Shown here piece after piece: positions 33,764 to 43,646 of a stretch of 64,000 bases of DNA (positions are counted from its first letter, which is position 1; every line of letters starts with the position of its first letter). The notes beneath the pieces are model-generated. The model did not search any database and was not told the origin of the DNA. It was given only the letters and a program-made list of their open reading frames with translations. The DNA is taken from assembly GCA_965214575.1 (NCBI GenBank), contig CBDCCE010000017.1, forward strand, positions 30,256-94,255. Reading direction: 5' to 3'. Position numbers and translations under genes: made by a program. This DNA is from Puia sp. Its GTDB lineage: Bacteria; Bacteroidota; Bacteroidia; Chitinophagales; Chitinophagaceae.

Positions 33764-35692
33764 TTAAGACCTTTGTTTTATTTCTGATTTAATTTCTCTG
33801 ATGAAATCATCCACATCCTGAACGCCTATGTCTCCTCTTCCCTGCCGCCTGACCGACACTTTATTTTCAGTCATTTCTTTCTCTCCGATCACGAGCATAT
33901 AAGGAACGCGCGCCAGTTCGGTATCCCTGATCTTCTTACCAATTTTCTCACTCCGGTCATCGATACCTACACGAATATCCGCATTTTTGAGCGATTCCTG
34001 AACAGTTTGTGCGTACTCCAGGAACTTATCACTGATTGGAAGCAATTTAACCTGTTGCGGAGCCAGCCACAAGGGGAATTTACCGGCATAATGCTCCAGT
34101 AAAAAACCGATAAACCTTTCGTGCGTTCCCAGCGGAGCCCGGTGGATAATCAGGGGGGTTTCCGGGCGGTTTTCACTGTTTGTATATTCCAGCTTAAACC
34201 TCCTGCCCTGTGCGAAATCCACCTGGTTGGTTGCCAGTGTAAATTCCCTTCCGATCGTGCTCCAGATCTGTACATCAATCTTTGGTCCATAAAACGCTCC
34301 TTCGCCCATGACCTCCACAAAAGGGGTGTTGGTATCCTGCAGCACTTTCCTGACCATGGCCTCGGTTTCCAGCCAGAGTTCGGGTTCGTTGATATATTTT
34401 TCGCCCAGTTTGGCCGGATCGTGCAGACTAAGGCGCATCACATATTTTTCGATCCCGAAGATTTTGAAATACTTCAGGTACATTTCATTTACCGCCCTGA
34501 ATTCGCTGTCAAAATCCTCCTTTCGGCAGTAGATATGCGCATCGTTCATGTGCAGGCAGCGCACACGCATAAGTCCAAACAGTTCACCACTTTGTTCATA
34601 CCGGTAACAGGTTCCATATTCAGCCAGCCGAAGGGGTAAATCCTTGTAACTCCTGGGTTCTGCTGCAAAAATCTTGTGATGATGCGGGCAATTCATCGAT
34701 TTTAAATAATATCTGGTGCCGTCCAGTTCCATGGGAGGATACATGCTATCCTGGTAATAGGGTAAATGACCGGAAGTCAGGTATAGGCTTTCCTTGCCAA
34801 TATGAGGGGTTACAACCCTTTGATAACCTGCTTTTTGCTCGGTTTCCTTGGCCAGTTTTTCCAGTTCCTCAATAATGATGGTTCCGTTGGGCATCCAGAG
34901 AATTAAACCCTGTCCCACTTCGTCATCCATGGTATAGATACCCATTTCCTTCCCGAGCTTGCGATGATCCCTTTTTTTCGCTTCTTCCAGCATCAGCAGG
35001 TATTCATCCAACTCCTTTTTGGAAGGAAAACTCACGCCGTACAAACGGGTAAGCTGTTTATTCTTTTCATCTCCCTTCCAGTAGGCTCCCGCAATATTGG
35101 TCAGCTTGAGCGCTTTTATAAAGCCTGTATCCGGGATATGCGGCCCGCGACAGAGATCCGTGAAGGCCCCCTGCGTGTAAAAAGTGATTTCTCCGTCGTT
35201 CAGATTCTGCAGGAGATCGAGTTTATATTCATCTCCTTTTTCCTGGAAGAAATGAACCGCTTCTGCCTTGGGAACCTCCCTGCGAATGAATTTATTCTGT
35301 TTGCCGGCCAGTTCTGTCATTTTGGTTTCGAGTTTTCGCAGATCTTCTTCTGTGATCGCCCTCCCACCCAGATCCATATCGTAGTAGAAACCGTTTTCCA
35401 CAGCCGGACCCACCCAGAATTTAACTCCCGGAAAAACAGACTCAACGGCTTCTGCCATCAAATGGGCGGTAGAATGCCAGAAAGTGGATTTTCCTTCGGG
35501 ATCATTCCATGTCAGTAATTTTAATGCCGCATCCTGTGTAATGGGACGTGTGGCATCCCATACCTCGCCATTAACATTCGCCGCAATAACCTTTCTCGCC
35601 AGTCCTTCGCTGATTGATTTCGCTATGTCCAGGGAAGTTGATCCTTCCGGATATTCCCTTACCGCACCATCTGGTAATGTGATTTTTATCAT
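33764..35692 (-). CDS. thrS: Threonine--tRNA ligase
   Basis: 642 aa. It has the TGS N-terminus (MIKITLPDGAVREY) and class II motifs (FRDLPLRLAEYGTCYRYEQSG, HRAPLGTHERF). Confidence 0.95.
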   Translation of the reverse strand: MIKITLPDGAVREYPEGSTSLDIAKSISEGLARKVIAANVNGEVWDATRPITQDAALKLLTWNDPEGKSTFWHSTAHLMAEAVESVFPGVKFWVGPAVENGFYYDMDLGGRAITEEDLRKLETKMTELAGKQNKFIRREVPKAEAVHFFQEKGDEYKLDLLQNLNDGEITFYTQGAFTDLCRGPHIPDTGFIKALKLTNIAGAYWKGDEKNKQLTRLYGVSFPSKKELDEYLLMLEEAKKRDHRKLGKEMGIYTMDDEVGQGLILWMPNGTIIIEELEKLAKETEQKAGYQRVVTPHIGKESLYLTSGHLPYYQDSMYPPMELDGTRYYLKSMNCPHHHKIFAAEPRSYKDLPLRLAEYGTCYRYEQSGELFGLMRVRCLHMNDAHIYCRKEDFDSEFRAVNEMYLKYFKIFGIEKYVMRLSLHDPAKLGEKYINEPELWLETEAMVRKVLQDTNTPFVEVMGEGAFYGPKIDVQIWSTIGREFTLATNQVDFAQGRRFKLEYTNSENRPETPLIIHRAPLGTHERFIGFLLEHYAGKFPLWLAPQQVKLLPISDKFLEYAQTVQESLKNADIRVGIDDRSEKIGKKIRDTELARVPYMLVIGEKEMTENKVSVRRQGRGDIGVQDVDDFIREIKSEIKQRS

Positions 35693-35793
35693 GCCTTTCT
35701 TAATTCCTTTAGGGGTTGCAAAATTAACAAACTCTTGCCAGAATAAGTTTTCTCAGAAATCTGCGGAAAATATTTTTATCTAATTTGCCATTG

Positions 35794-36936
35794 ATGAAAA
35801 GAGTCATTCGTTTTTTCCCGCTGCTGTTTGTTTTTTCAGTCTTTTCAGCAGTTACTCTTCCGGCACAGGATCTGACAGGAATATGGCGTGGCCATTTCCG
35901 TTCCAATGAGGCTTTGGAGCGAACGACGGGCAGCGAGGACAGGTTCCGTCCGGATGATCGTTATAAAATGGAAGTTCAGATTGCCCAGGTAAAAAACCAT
36001 TTTGAAGCCATCACTTATTCTTACAAGAATACCGAATTCTATGGTAAGGCAGAAGCCGCCGGCACCCTGAATATCCAAAGCAAAAAAGTTGTTTTGAAAG
36101 AGGGTAAACTGCTGGAAGTACAGTTTGCAAACGGTATTGTTTGTATGATGACCTGTTTTTTACAGTATACCAAACTGGGCAATGATGAATATTTACAGGG
36201 TACTTATTACAGTACAAATAGCCGGGATTCGAGTATTGACTGTGGGAAAGGAAGCATTTTTTTGCACAGGGTAACCGAATCCGATTTTCATAAGGAACCT
36301 TTCCTCGAAAAAAGGGAACATGAACTGCTGGTTCGCAAGAATAATAAAAAGACGATACCTGCAACAGTTCGACCCGTTGCGCCGCTAACAAAAACTGCCG
36401 TTCCGGCGGTTAAGTCGCCTGCAAAAACGCCCACAGTTTCAAAAAAACAAACTGCTCCACCCGTCGCAAAAAGAGCTCCCCATATTTCTGAACAGCCAAC
36501 AGCGCTGATGAGTAATTCGCCGGCTAAACGAACAGACAGTATTACCGGTATGCCACAGCCCCTTATCCCCATTCCGGAAATTCTTAAGAGCCGGACGAAT
36601 TCATTGCTTAAGACACTGACGGTAAATCACAATGTGATCGAACTTCGAATATATGACGACGGGGCTATTGACAACGATACGGTGTCTGTCTACTACGACA
36701 ATAAGCTGATTATTTCCAAAGCCAGACTGAGCGATCAGCCCATTACGGTAAAAATTACGGTTGATCCGTCAGATCATCCTCACGCACTGGTGATGGTTGC
36801 GGAAAACCTCGGAGACATTCCTCCCAATACTTCACTGCTTGTTGTACGCGACGGCGAAAAAAGATACGAAGAGCGGATCATTTCTACCGAGCAGAAGAAT
36901 GTGCAGGTCAATTTCGTTTACAAAAAAATTGAATAA
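35794..36936 (+). CDS. Hypothetical secreted protein with a Pro/Ala/Thr/Lys-rich linker
   Basis: The ATG at 35794 (MKRVIRFFPLLFVFSVFSAVTLPAQ) begins a signal peptide. The central linker is PVAPLTKTAVPAVKSPAKTPTVSKKQTAPPVAKRAP. Confidence 0.5.
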   Translation: MKRVIRFFPLLFVFSVFSAVTLPAQDLTGIWRGHFRSNEALERTTGSEDRFRPDDRYKMEVQIAQVKNHFEAITYSYKNTEFYGKAEAAGTLNIQSKKVVLKEGKLLEVQFANGIVCMMTCFLQYTKLGNDEYLQGTYYSTNSRDSSIDCGKGSIFLHRVTESDFHKEPFLEKREHELLVRKNNKKTIPATVRPVAPLTKTAVPAVKSPAKTPTVSKKQTAPPVAKRAPHISEQPTALMSNSPAKRTDSITGMPQPLIPIPEILKSRTNSLLKTLTVNHNVIELRIYDDGAIDNDTVSVYYDNKLIISKARLSDQPITVKITVDPSDHPHALVMVAENLGDIPPNTSLLVVRDGEKRYEERIISTEQKNVQVNFVYKKIE

Positions 36937-36946
36937 GGGCTAACCA

Positions 36947-37057
36947 GTATGGGAGTACAGGAGTGTTTCTGTTAAAATGAACACTCCCCTACTTCTGTAC
37001 CCACATACTCTTATACTTGCCTAGAAAATAGCTGCCGAAGGCAACTATTTTCTAGGC
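36947..37057. terminator. Two long hairpins between convergent genes
   Basis: An imperfect long hairpin lies at 36947-37008 (inner stem GGAGTGTT/AACACTCC). A perfect 13 bp stem GCCTAGAAAATAG/CTATTTTCTAGGC lies at 37019-37057 and overlaps the M28 peptidase stop codon. Neither has a clear U tract. Confidence 0.45.
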
Positions 37058-38559
37058 AACTTCTCCTCTCTCTGTGCGGCATCATAAACGAAAGAAGCGA
37101 TGATCGTGGCCGCCTGTTTCATATCCTCGGCGCTCAGGTGGTCGTAGCTGTCCATATTACTGTGGTGGGTTCTTGAGCCATATTCGAGGGGATCCTGAAT
37201 AAACTGAAAAGCGGGCAGTCCGACGGCATCGAAGGAAAGATGGTCAGTTCCTCCGGTATTTTGCAAAGTGATGGTTTCGGCACCCAGATCATGAAAGGGC
37301 TCAAACCACTGTTTGAAAATGGGCCCGGCAGACGCATTTCCCTGCAGATAAATTCCCCTGATTTTACCACTGCCATTGTCCAGATTCAGGTACACGGAAA
37401 GTTTATCCCCGGCTGCATTGAATTTTTTTGTTGCTGTATCCGTAAAATGATTTTTCACATAATTCTTTGATCCGTGAAGACCGGTCTCTTCACCACCCCA
37501 CAGCGCAATGCGGATCGTACGGCGGGGTTTCACGCCAACCGTCTTTAGTATACGCACTACTTCCAGCATCACGGCAGAACCCGCTGCATTGTCTGTGGCC
37601 CCGGTAGAAGCCTGCCAGGAATCCAGGTGCCCGCCAATCATGACCAGCTGGTCTTTCAGTTTCTTATCCGTTCCGGGAATATCTGCTACCACGTTATAGC
37701 CGTTCTGATCCTGGTCAAGAATTTTTGCCTGCAGGTCAAGATCAACAGTCACTTTAATCTGGTGTAAAAGCAAACGCTGTGTAGTCAGGAAATCTTCCAT
37801 GGAAACAGAAATGTCGTTAAGTGTCGCGATCATCTCTGTGTTATAGGGGATCCCATTCTGAACGAACACCGTTCCATCCGAATTACGGGGAGAAGTGGTG
37901 AGGATTGCCAGTGCACCTTCCTGAAGAGCAAATTTTTTCACCTGCGCGAGCATATTGGCTGCGGCCAGGTAGGCGATCATGCTATTATTGGGTGCAACCG
38001 GCGCTTTAGGATCAAAGCCGGCCAGTTTTGTCAAATCCGAATCATTGTACCTCACGGCATCTGCCTGAAATCCCAGTTTCAGGCTGTCGTTTCTTTTTAT
38101 TAAAATGATTTTGTCTTTCAGTTTGCCTGCATAAGCCGGCAACCCGCTTGAATCTTTAATATCCAGCAAGATCACTTCCGCATGCTGTAACCCACTGGTG
38201 CCTTTCGAAAAGGTTTTAGGAAATCCGATCAGCGGCTTATAGTAAGGAGCCGTCATCGCCAGATAATACTTCTCCAGCTCCCAGCCCTTACCCCAGTGCC
38301 CCCAGGATTCCAGCGCTGCGTTTTCCAGTCCCCAGGAGACGAGTCTGTTTTTCGCCCAGTTGGCAGCTCTGAAATATCCCGGAGCCTGCATCAGCCGGGG
38401 ACCATTCGCATCCGTGAGGTTAAAAACAATCTCCATAACCTGGGAATGATTCAGGCCCTCATTGCGGATTTTGGCCAGCATAACGGTATCCTGTATTTCC
38501 CGCTGCGCAAATAAACCGGCAGTTATTAATAAGAATGGAATAAGTATCCCCTTTTTCAT
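37045..38559 (-). CDS. M28 family aminopeptidase with a PA domain
   Basis: 504 aa with a signal peptide. It has the zinc-ligand motifs GGHLDSW, GATDNAAG and WGGEETGLHGS. Confidence 0.8.
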   Translation of the reverse strand: MKKGILIPFLLITAGLFAQREIQDTVMLAKIRNEGLNHSQVMEIVFNLTDANGPRLMQAPGYFRAANWAKNRLVSWGLENAALESWGHWGKGWELEKYYLAMTAPYYKPLIGFPKTFSKGTSGLQHAEVILLDIKDSSGLPAYAGKLKDKIILIKRNDSLKLGFQADAVRYNDSDLTKLAGFDPKAPVAPNNSMIAYLAAANMLAQVKKFALQEGALAILTTSPRNSDGTVFVQNGIPYNTEMIATLNDISVSMEDFLTTQRLLLHQIKVTVDLDLQAKILDQDQNGYNVVADIPGTDKKLKDQLVMIGGHLDSWQASTGATDNAAGSAVMLEVVRILKTVGVKPRRTIRIALWGGEETGLHGSKNYVKNHFTDTATKKFNAAGDKLSVYLNLDNGSGKIRGIYLQGNASAGPIFKQWFEPFHDLGAETITLQNTGGTDHLSFDAVGLPAFQFIQDPLEYGSRTHHSNMDSYDHLSAEDMKQAATIIASFVYDAAQREEKLPRK

Positions 38560-38642
38560 GCGAAAAGTTTAGTTGGGGGCGAATATAAAATCCATATGCC
38601 TTTTCGGGAAGGCCTTTTATATAAACGGAAAATGGTTTTTAG

Positions 38643-39272
38643 TTATTCGGCTGAAGGAGCTGAAAAACGGATGCTGTCGATCAGCTCACCACATTCCTGC
38701 GTTATTTTCCTGTCGGTTGAGGGATTTTTTCCCAGATAGGGATTGATAATCTTACCTGACGGGCTAAGCCAGTAACCTTCGGAAGAATCTGCAAAAGCTG
38801 TAGGACAGCGCATATGGTAAACTATGCTGCCCTCATAGCGTACGGTCCGCACCAGCGAGTACAATTCGTCTGTTATGATGTTGAGTTCCCTCTTTTTCTG
38901 TTCCAGGGACTGTTCACCATTCAGCCCCTTAATATCACCCTGGATAGACTGCGCCAGGCTGGCTGCAGTCTGAATAATGGCCGTATCCGCTTTAAACTGA
39001 TCAAAACGGATGCTGTCTATGGAGTGACTCAGGTCAGCGGAAGCCCCGGTTATACCCGTGCTGTCTGAGGCTGCAAACAGCTCCGTCAGATGGTAATAAC
39101 TATTTAAAACCGCAGAGAAAGACCTGTTGAACGCTGAGGTTTTTGTCCCCACAGCCAGTGGCGCGTCTTTTTGATCGGATTTTTCAGGAGCCGTGTTGCT
39201 TTTATGGAGCACGAGATAGGAAATTCCCAGTGCGAGGGCCAGCACGCTAACCAGTAAGACGGCCTTCTTCAT
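38643..39272 (-). CDS. Hypothetical membrane-anchored/secreted protein (possibly DUF3347-like)
   Basis: Trimmed to MKKAVLLVSVLALALGISYL at 39272. The family assignment is from memory only. Confidence 0.45.
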   Translation of the reverse strand: MKKAVLLVSVLALALGISYLVLHKSNTAPEKSDQKDAPLAVGTKTSAFNRSFSAVLNSYYHLTELFAASDSTGITGASADLSHSIDSIRFDQFKADTAIIQTAASLAQSIQGDIKGLNGEQSLEQKKRELNIITDELYSLVRTVRYEGSIVYHMRCPTAFADSSEGYWLSPSGKIINPYLGKNPSTDRKITQECGELIDSIRFSAPSAE

Positions 39273-39350
39273 GAAATAGAATTTAATCAAAGGTAATTCT
39301 AAATGCATTTGCTTTAATTTTGCGCGTTTGATTTAATACCCAATCACTAT

Positions 39351-41306
39351 ATGCTGGCAGGTTTTCAGAATTTGACTTTTGAGTTTGGTGCGCGTGAGAT
39401 ACTTGAAGATGCCACATGGCATATTCAGCCCGGTGAACATATTGGTCTGATCGGATACAATGGAACCGGCAAATCGACTTTGTTGAAATTACTTGCCGGA
39501 GAGTACACCCCTTCCGGCGGCACGGTTGAAAGAAGCAAAAGCACCAGTATCGGATACCTGCATCAGGATCTGCTGAGTTTTGATACAAGCGACAGCATTC
39601 TCAAGGTGGCCATGGGCGCTTTTGAGAAAGTATTGTTGGTGGAAAAGGAATTGGAGGATCTGGTCAGGCAGATGGAAGAAGAAGAGAAGGCCGGGAAAAC
39701 CCAGTCAGAGCAATTACTGAACAGCTATACGGACAAACTTCATGAAATGGATTTGCTCGACGGGTATAATATTCATCACAAAACAGAAGAGGTTCTGCAG
39801 GGACTCGGTTTTGCCAACGCCCATCTCAACAGACCCTACCGGGAATTCAGCGGGGGCTGGCGTATGCGTGTGCTGCTCGCCAAAATGATTTTACAGAAAC
39901 CGGATCTGCTGCTGCTGGATGAGCCCACGAATCACCTCGATCTTCCGTCCATCGAATGGCTTGAAAAATATCTGAAGAACTATCAGGGATCGGTGGTTAT
40001 CGTGAGTCACGATAAATTTTTCCTGGACCGCATGGTAGATAAAATAGTTGAACTCTATCAGCAGGACCTCCATTTTTATAACGGGAATTATTCTTTTTAT
40101 GAAAAGGAAAAAGAAATGCGGATCACAATTCAGCAAAAAGCTTACGAAAATCAGAAAGATTATATCAAACAGCAGGAAAGATTTATTGAGCGGTTCAAAG
40201 CCAAAGCCAGCAAGGCGGCAGCAGCACAGTCCGCTATGAAAAGACTGGATAAAATTGACCGTATCGAAAATGTGGAAATGGAAAGGCCGGATATGCGAAT
40301 TCAGTTTCGGATCGACCGGCCGCCGGGTAAAGTACTCGTACACCTGAAAGACGCGAGTAAAAGCTTTGGCGAAAATCAGATCATACAACATGCCGAAGCA
40401 GAAATTGAACGGGGCGACAAGATCGCGCTGATCGGGGCAAACGGAAAAGGGAAATCTACCGTACTGCGTATCGTGGCCGGCACCGAACCGTTTAGCGGAG
40501 AACGAATCTGGGGTCATCATGTGGATGCCAGTTTTTATGCCCAGCATCAATTGGAATCCCTCAATCTCAATGATTCCGTACTGGAAGAAATGAAACAGGC
40601 CGGCTCGGGTAAAAATGAACTTGAGCTCCGGACCCTCCTGGGATGCTTTCTTTTTTCGGGCGATGACGTGGATAAAAAAGTCAAAGTACTCAGTGGGGGT
40701 GAAAAAGCCCGCGTTGCCCTGGCAAAAACCATCGCTGGAAAAGCGAACTTTCTTTTATTGGATGAACCTACGAATCATCTGGATATCCATTCATGCGAAC
40801 TTCTGGCAGAAGCGCTGAACAAATACGAAGGCAGCTATATACTCGTGAGTCACGACAGGTTTTTCATTTCCAAAACAGCCAATAAAATTTGGGAAATTGA
40901 AGACGGCCGGATCAAAGTATTTAAAGGAACTTATGACGAGTGGGTGGAGTGGAACAAAAGAATGGCAGCCCAGGGAAAACCCGCAGCGGGCAAACCTAAG
41001 GCAGAAAAACAGGCCGTTGAACAGGTAAAGCAACCGGTTATTACACAACCCGTCAATAAAGAAGCAAAAAAACAAATTCAGAAGCAGCAGAAACTGGTGG
41101 AGCAACTCGATGCGGATATCAGGCGTCTTAAAACGGAAAGCAGCAGACTGGAACTGGATTTGTCGGCCCCGGAAATTTACTCTGACCGGCAGAAATTTCT
41201 TGTCGCTGAATCCGAATACAAGAAGGCAGCTCTTAGTCTGACCATCGCCCTTCAGAACTACGACTCGGCATTGGAAAAACTCATGGAGCTGGAAGAGGAA
41301 GCTTAG
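39351..41306 (+). CDS. ABC-F family ATPase (Uup/YheS-like, two ABC domains plus a C-terminal coiled coil)
   Basis: 651 aa. It has two Walker A motifs (GYNGTGKST, GANGKGKST) and two LSGG signatures (FSGGWRMR, LSGGEKAR). It has no transmembrane domain. Confidence 0.9.
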   Translation: MLAGFQNLTFEFGAREILEDATWHIQPGEHIGLIGYNGTGKSTLLKLLAGEYTPSGGTVERSKSTSIGYLHQDLLSFDTSDSILKVAMGAFEKVLLVEKELEDLVRQMEEEEKAGKTQSEQLLNSYTDKLHEMDLLDGYNIHHKTEEVLQGLGFANAHLNRPYREFSGGWRMRVLLAKMILQKPDLLLLDEPTNHLDLPSIEWLEKYLKNYQGSVVIVSHDKFFLDRMVDKIVELYQQDLHFYNGNYSFYEKEKEMRITIQQKAYENQKDYIKQQERFIERFKAKASKAAAAQSAMKRLDKIDRIENVEMERPDMRIQFRIDRPPGKVLVHLKDASKSFGENQIIQHAEAEIERGDKIALIGANGKGKSTVLRIVAGTEPFSGERIWGHHVDASFYAQHQLESLNLNDSVLEEMKQAGSGKNELELRTLLGCFLFSGDDVDKKVKVLSGGEKARVALAKTIAGKANFLLLDEPTNHLDIHSCELLAEALNKYEGSYILVSHDRFFISKTANKIWEIEDGRIKVFKGTYDEWVEWNKRMAAQGKPAAGKPKAEKQAVEQVKQPVITQPVNKEAKKQIQKQQKLVEQLDADIRRLKTESSRLELDLSAPEIYSDRQKFLVAESEYKKAALSLTIALQNYDSALEKLMELEEEA

Positions 41307-41393
41307 TTAGTGTGGAAGTGTGGAAGTGACCGTCTTTGTGTAATTTCATAGTAAACCGATTAGTCTATTAAAAAAAACCTGTTTTTCGTTTTT

Positions 41394-43646
41394 GTGCGAT
41401 TACTGTTTATAACAGGCTCCTTTCTTTTTGGTATGGTCTCCCCTGCTTTTTGTCAGGATTCCCTGCTTCATTCCGGTCCTTCAAATATTCATAAAAGACC
41501 CCGGCTGGGGCTGACCCTGAGTGGAGGCGGCGCCAAAGGGCTGGCCCATATCGGTATACTTAAAGCCATCGATTCTGCAGGTCTGTCTGTGGATTATCTG
41601 ACTGGCACCAGCATGGGAAGCATTATCGGATCACTCTACGCCGCAGGTTATTCCGCGGATTCCATTCTGTATATCGCCCGGCGGATGAACTGGGATCAGA
41701 TTCTCTCCAACCAGGGCTCCATGCGAAATATCATCATGGAGGAAAAAGATGAGTATGGGAAATATGATCTTGAACTGCCCTGGGTAAATAATTTTTTCAG
41801 AATATCCACCGGTGTACTGGAAGGTCAGGAATTGTGGCTCAAGTTTTCTGAACTTTTATTCCCCGCGTATCAGATTAAAAATTTTGATTCACTCAACATT
41901 CCTTTTAAGTGTATTGCAACGGATATTTCTACCGGTCAGGCTGTTGTTCTCGATAGCGGGGAAATTGTTTCGGCGGTTCGGGCCAGCATGGCCATTCCCT
42001 CGGTATTTACGGCGGTGGAATATAATGGACATCTCCTGGTAGATGGCGGCATCGTACGGAATTTTCCTGTGAAAGATGTCCGTGAAATGGGCGCCCAGTT
42101 TGTTATCGGCAGCAATGTGACGAGCAGCCTTTTGCCCGCCAGCAAAGTGAACAATGCCATCCAGGTGCTTTTGCAGGTGGCTTTTTTCCGTGAGGCCGAA
42201 GACACCAAACTGGAAGTGCCACTCTGTAATATTTACGTGCAGACACCACTGGATAAATATAGCATGGGCACTTTTGCCGACGCCAATGCTATTATAGATT
42301 CCGGACTCGCTGAAGGACGAAGACTTTATCCGGCACTTAAAAAACTGGCCGATTCACTCAATACTTTATACGATTCCGCCACACGGGAAAAAGAACTGCC
42401 CGACCTGCAAAGTGTGAAGATTTCTTCCTTCGAGGTAAACGGCCTGAAGTTTACGACGCAGGATTTTTTCATCCACACCACCGGGTTGCTTACCAATCAT
42501 GTCTATACCCCCCGCATGCTTTCCTATATGGTGAGAAGAGCCGGTGGCACCCGGTATTATAACCGGATTATTTATCATCTCAATCCGCAGCCGGATCATT
42601 CGGCAAAAATCATTTTTGATGTATCTGAAAATCCGCTCACATTTGGAAAACTCTCACTGCACTACAATCAGTTTTCAGGAATCAGCGCCATATTGAATAT
42701 CACTTCCCGCGACTTCTTTACGCCTAACTCGAGAAGCTCCGTAACACTGAATATCGGAGAGAATTTCCGGGTTAAAGCAGAACATCTGCAGTATCTCGGA
42801 CGCGGGAGAAAATTTGCACTCAGACTTTTCACACAGTTCGATCAGCTGAATATTACAACTTACTCGCACACCAAAGAAGCCGGAATTTATAATCAGAATT
42901 ATTTTGTGATGGATAGCCGTCTGGGATATTCAACCAACCGTGATGTAACAGTAGGAATCGGAACGCGCTTTGAATGGACAAGGTATAAGCCATCCATTAC
43001 CTCTGCGCTGGCTTTTAATGGAACGGATAATTTCCCGACCAGCTACCTGTATTTTAATCATAACTCGCTCGACCGGCCCGTATATGCGAGAAAGGGGGTG
43101 AAATCCGCGCTGGAAGCAGACTGGGTGTTCACACAAAATCCCGATATCCAGCTTCACACCAATACCAGGGATATCGATACGCTCACGGCTAGTAATGCCT
43201 ATCCCCGGTTCACATTTCACCTGGAAAGTTATACACCGATCGGTGACAGGAGCACACTGCTCTTCTTGTTACAAAGCGGACTGAATTTTCAAAAGGGAAA
43301 TATCATGAACCAGTTTTCCCTGGGAGGACTGACCCCCAATTTTCACAATCAGATCACATTTGCGGGATTAAGGGAAGGGGCTTACTATGCTTCCAGTACA
43401 GCGGCCATCCAGACCGGCTTTCGTTATAATTTTTACGGAAATCTTTTCCTTACCGGAAGGGCCAATGTCATGTTCAATAACTTTGTGAAGAATGATAAGA
43501 AATTTTTCGACACACCCGACTTTCTATCCGGCTATTCCCTGACCTTCACATACAATTTTGTGTTGGGACCTCTTGAACTGAGTGCCATGTATTGCGATCA
43601 GTGGAAACGCGTGATGGGATATGTGAATATCGGAATTCCATTTTAG
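41394..43646 (+). CDS. Patatin-like phospholipase fused to an Omp85/surface-antigen beta-barrel (PlpD-like)
   Basis: 750 aa with a GTG start. It has the patatin motifs GLTLSGGGAKG and GTSMGS (nucleophile Ser) and DGG. The C-terminal half is beta-strand-rich and ends in an aromatic residue (..NIGIPF). Confidence 0.8.
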   Translation: MRLLFITGSFLFGMVSPAFCQDSLLHSGPSNIHKRPRLGLTLSGGGAKGLAHIGILKAIDSAGLSVDYLTGTSMGSIIGSLYAAGYSADSILYIARRMNWDQILSNQGSMRNIIMEEKDEYGKYDLELPWVNNFFRISTGVLEGQELWLKFSELLFPAYQIKNFDSLNIPFKCIATDISTGQAVVLDSGEIVSAVRASMAIPSVFTAVEYNGHLLVDGGIVRNFPVKDVREMGAQFVIGSNVTSSLLPASKVNNAIQVLLQVAFFREAEDTKLEVPLCNIYVQTPLDKYSMGTFADANAIIDSGLAEGRRLYPALKKLADSLNTLYDSATREKELPDLQSVKISSFEVNGLKFTTQDFFIHTTGLLTNHVYTPRMLSYMVRRAGGTRYYNRIIYHLNPQPDHSAKIIFDVSENPLTFGKLSLHYNQFSGISAILNITSRDFFTPNSRSSVTLNIGENFRVKAEHLQYLGRGRKFALRLFTQFDQLNITTYSHTKEAGIYNQNYFVMDSRLGYSTNRDVTVGIGTRFEWTRYKPSITSALAFNGTDNFPTSYLYFNHNSLDRPVYARKGVKSALEADWVFTQNPDIQLHTNTRDIDTLTASNAYPRFTFHLESYTPIGDRSTLLFLLQSGLNFQKGNIMNQFSLGGLTPNFHNQITFAGLREGAYYASSTAAIQTGFRYNFYGNLFLTGRANVMFNNFVKNDKKFFDTPDFLSGYSLTFTYNFVLGPLELSAMYCDQWKRVMGYVNIGIPF

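Noticed and set aside
41310-41328. Tandem GTGTGGAA x2.4 directly after the ABC-F stop codon
   Set aside because: It is only about two and a half copies of an 8-mer with no partner elsewhere in the window. That is too little to call a functional repeat.
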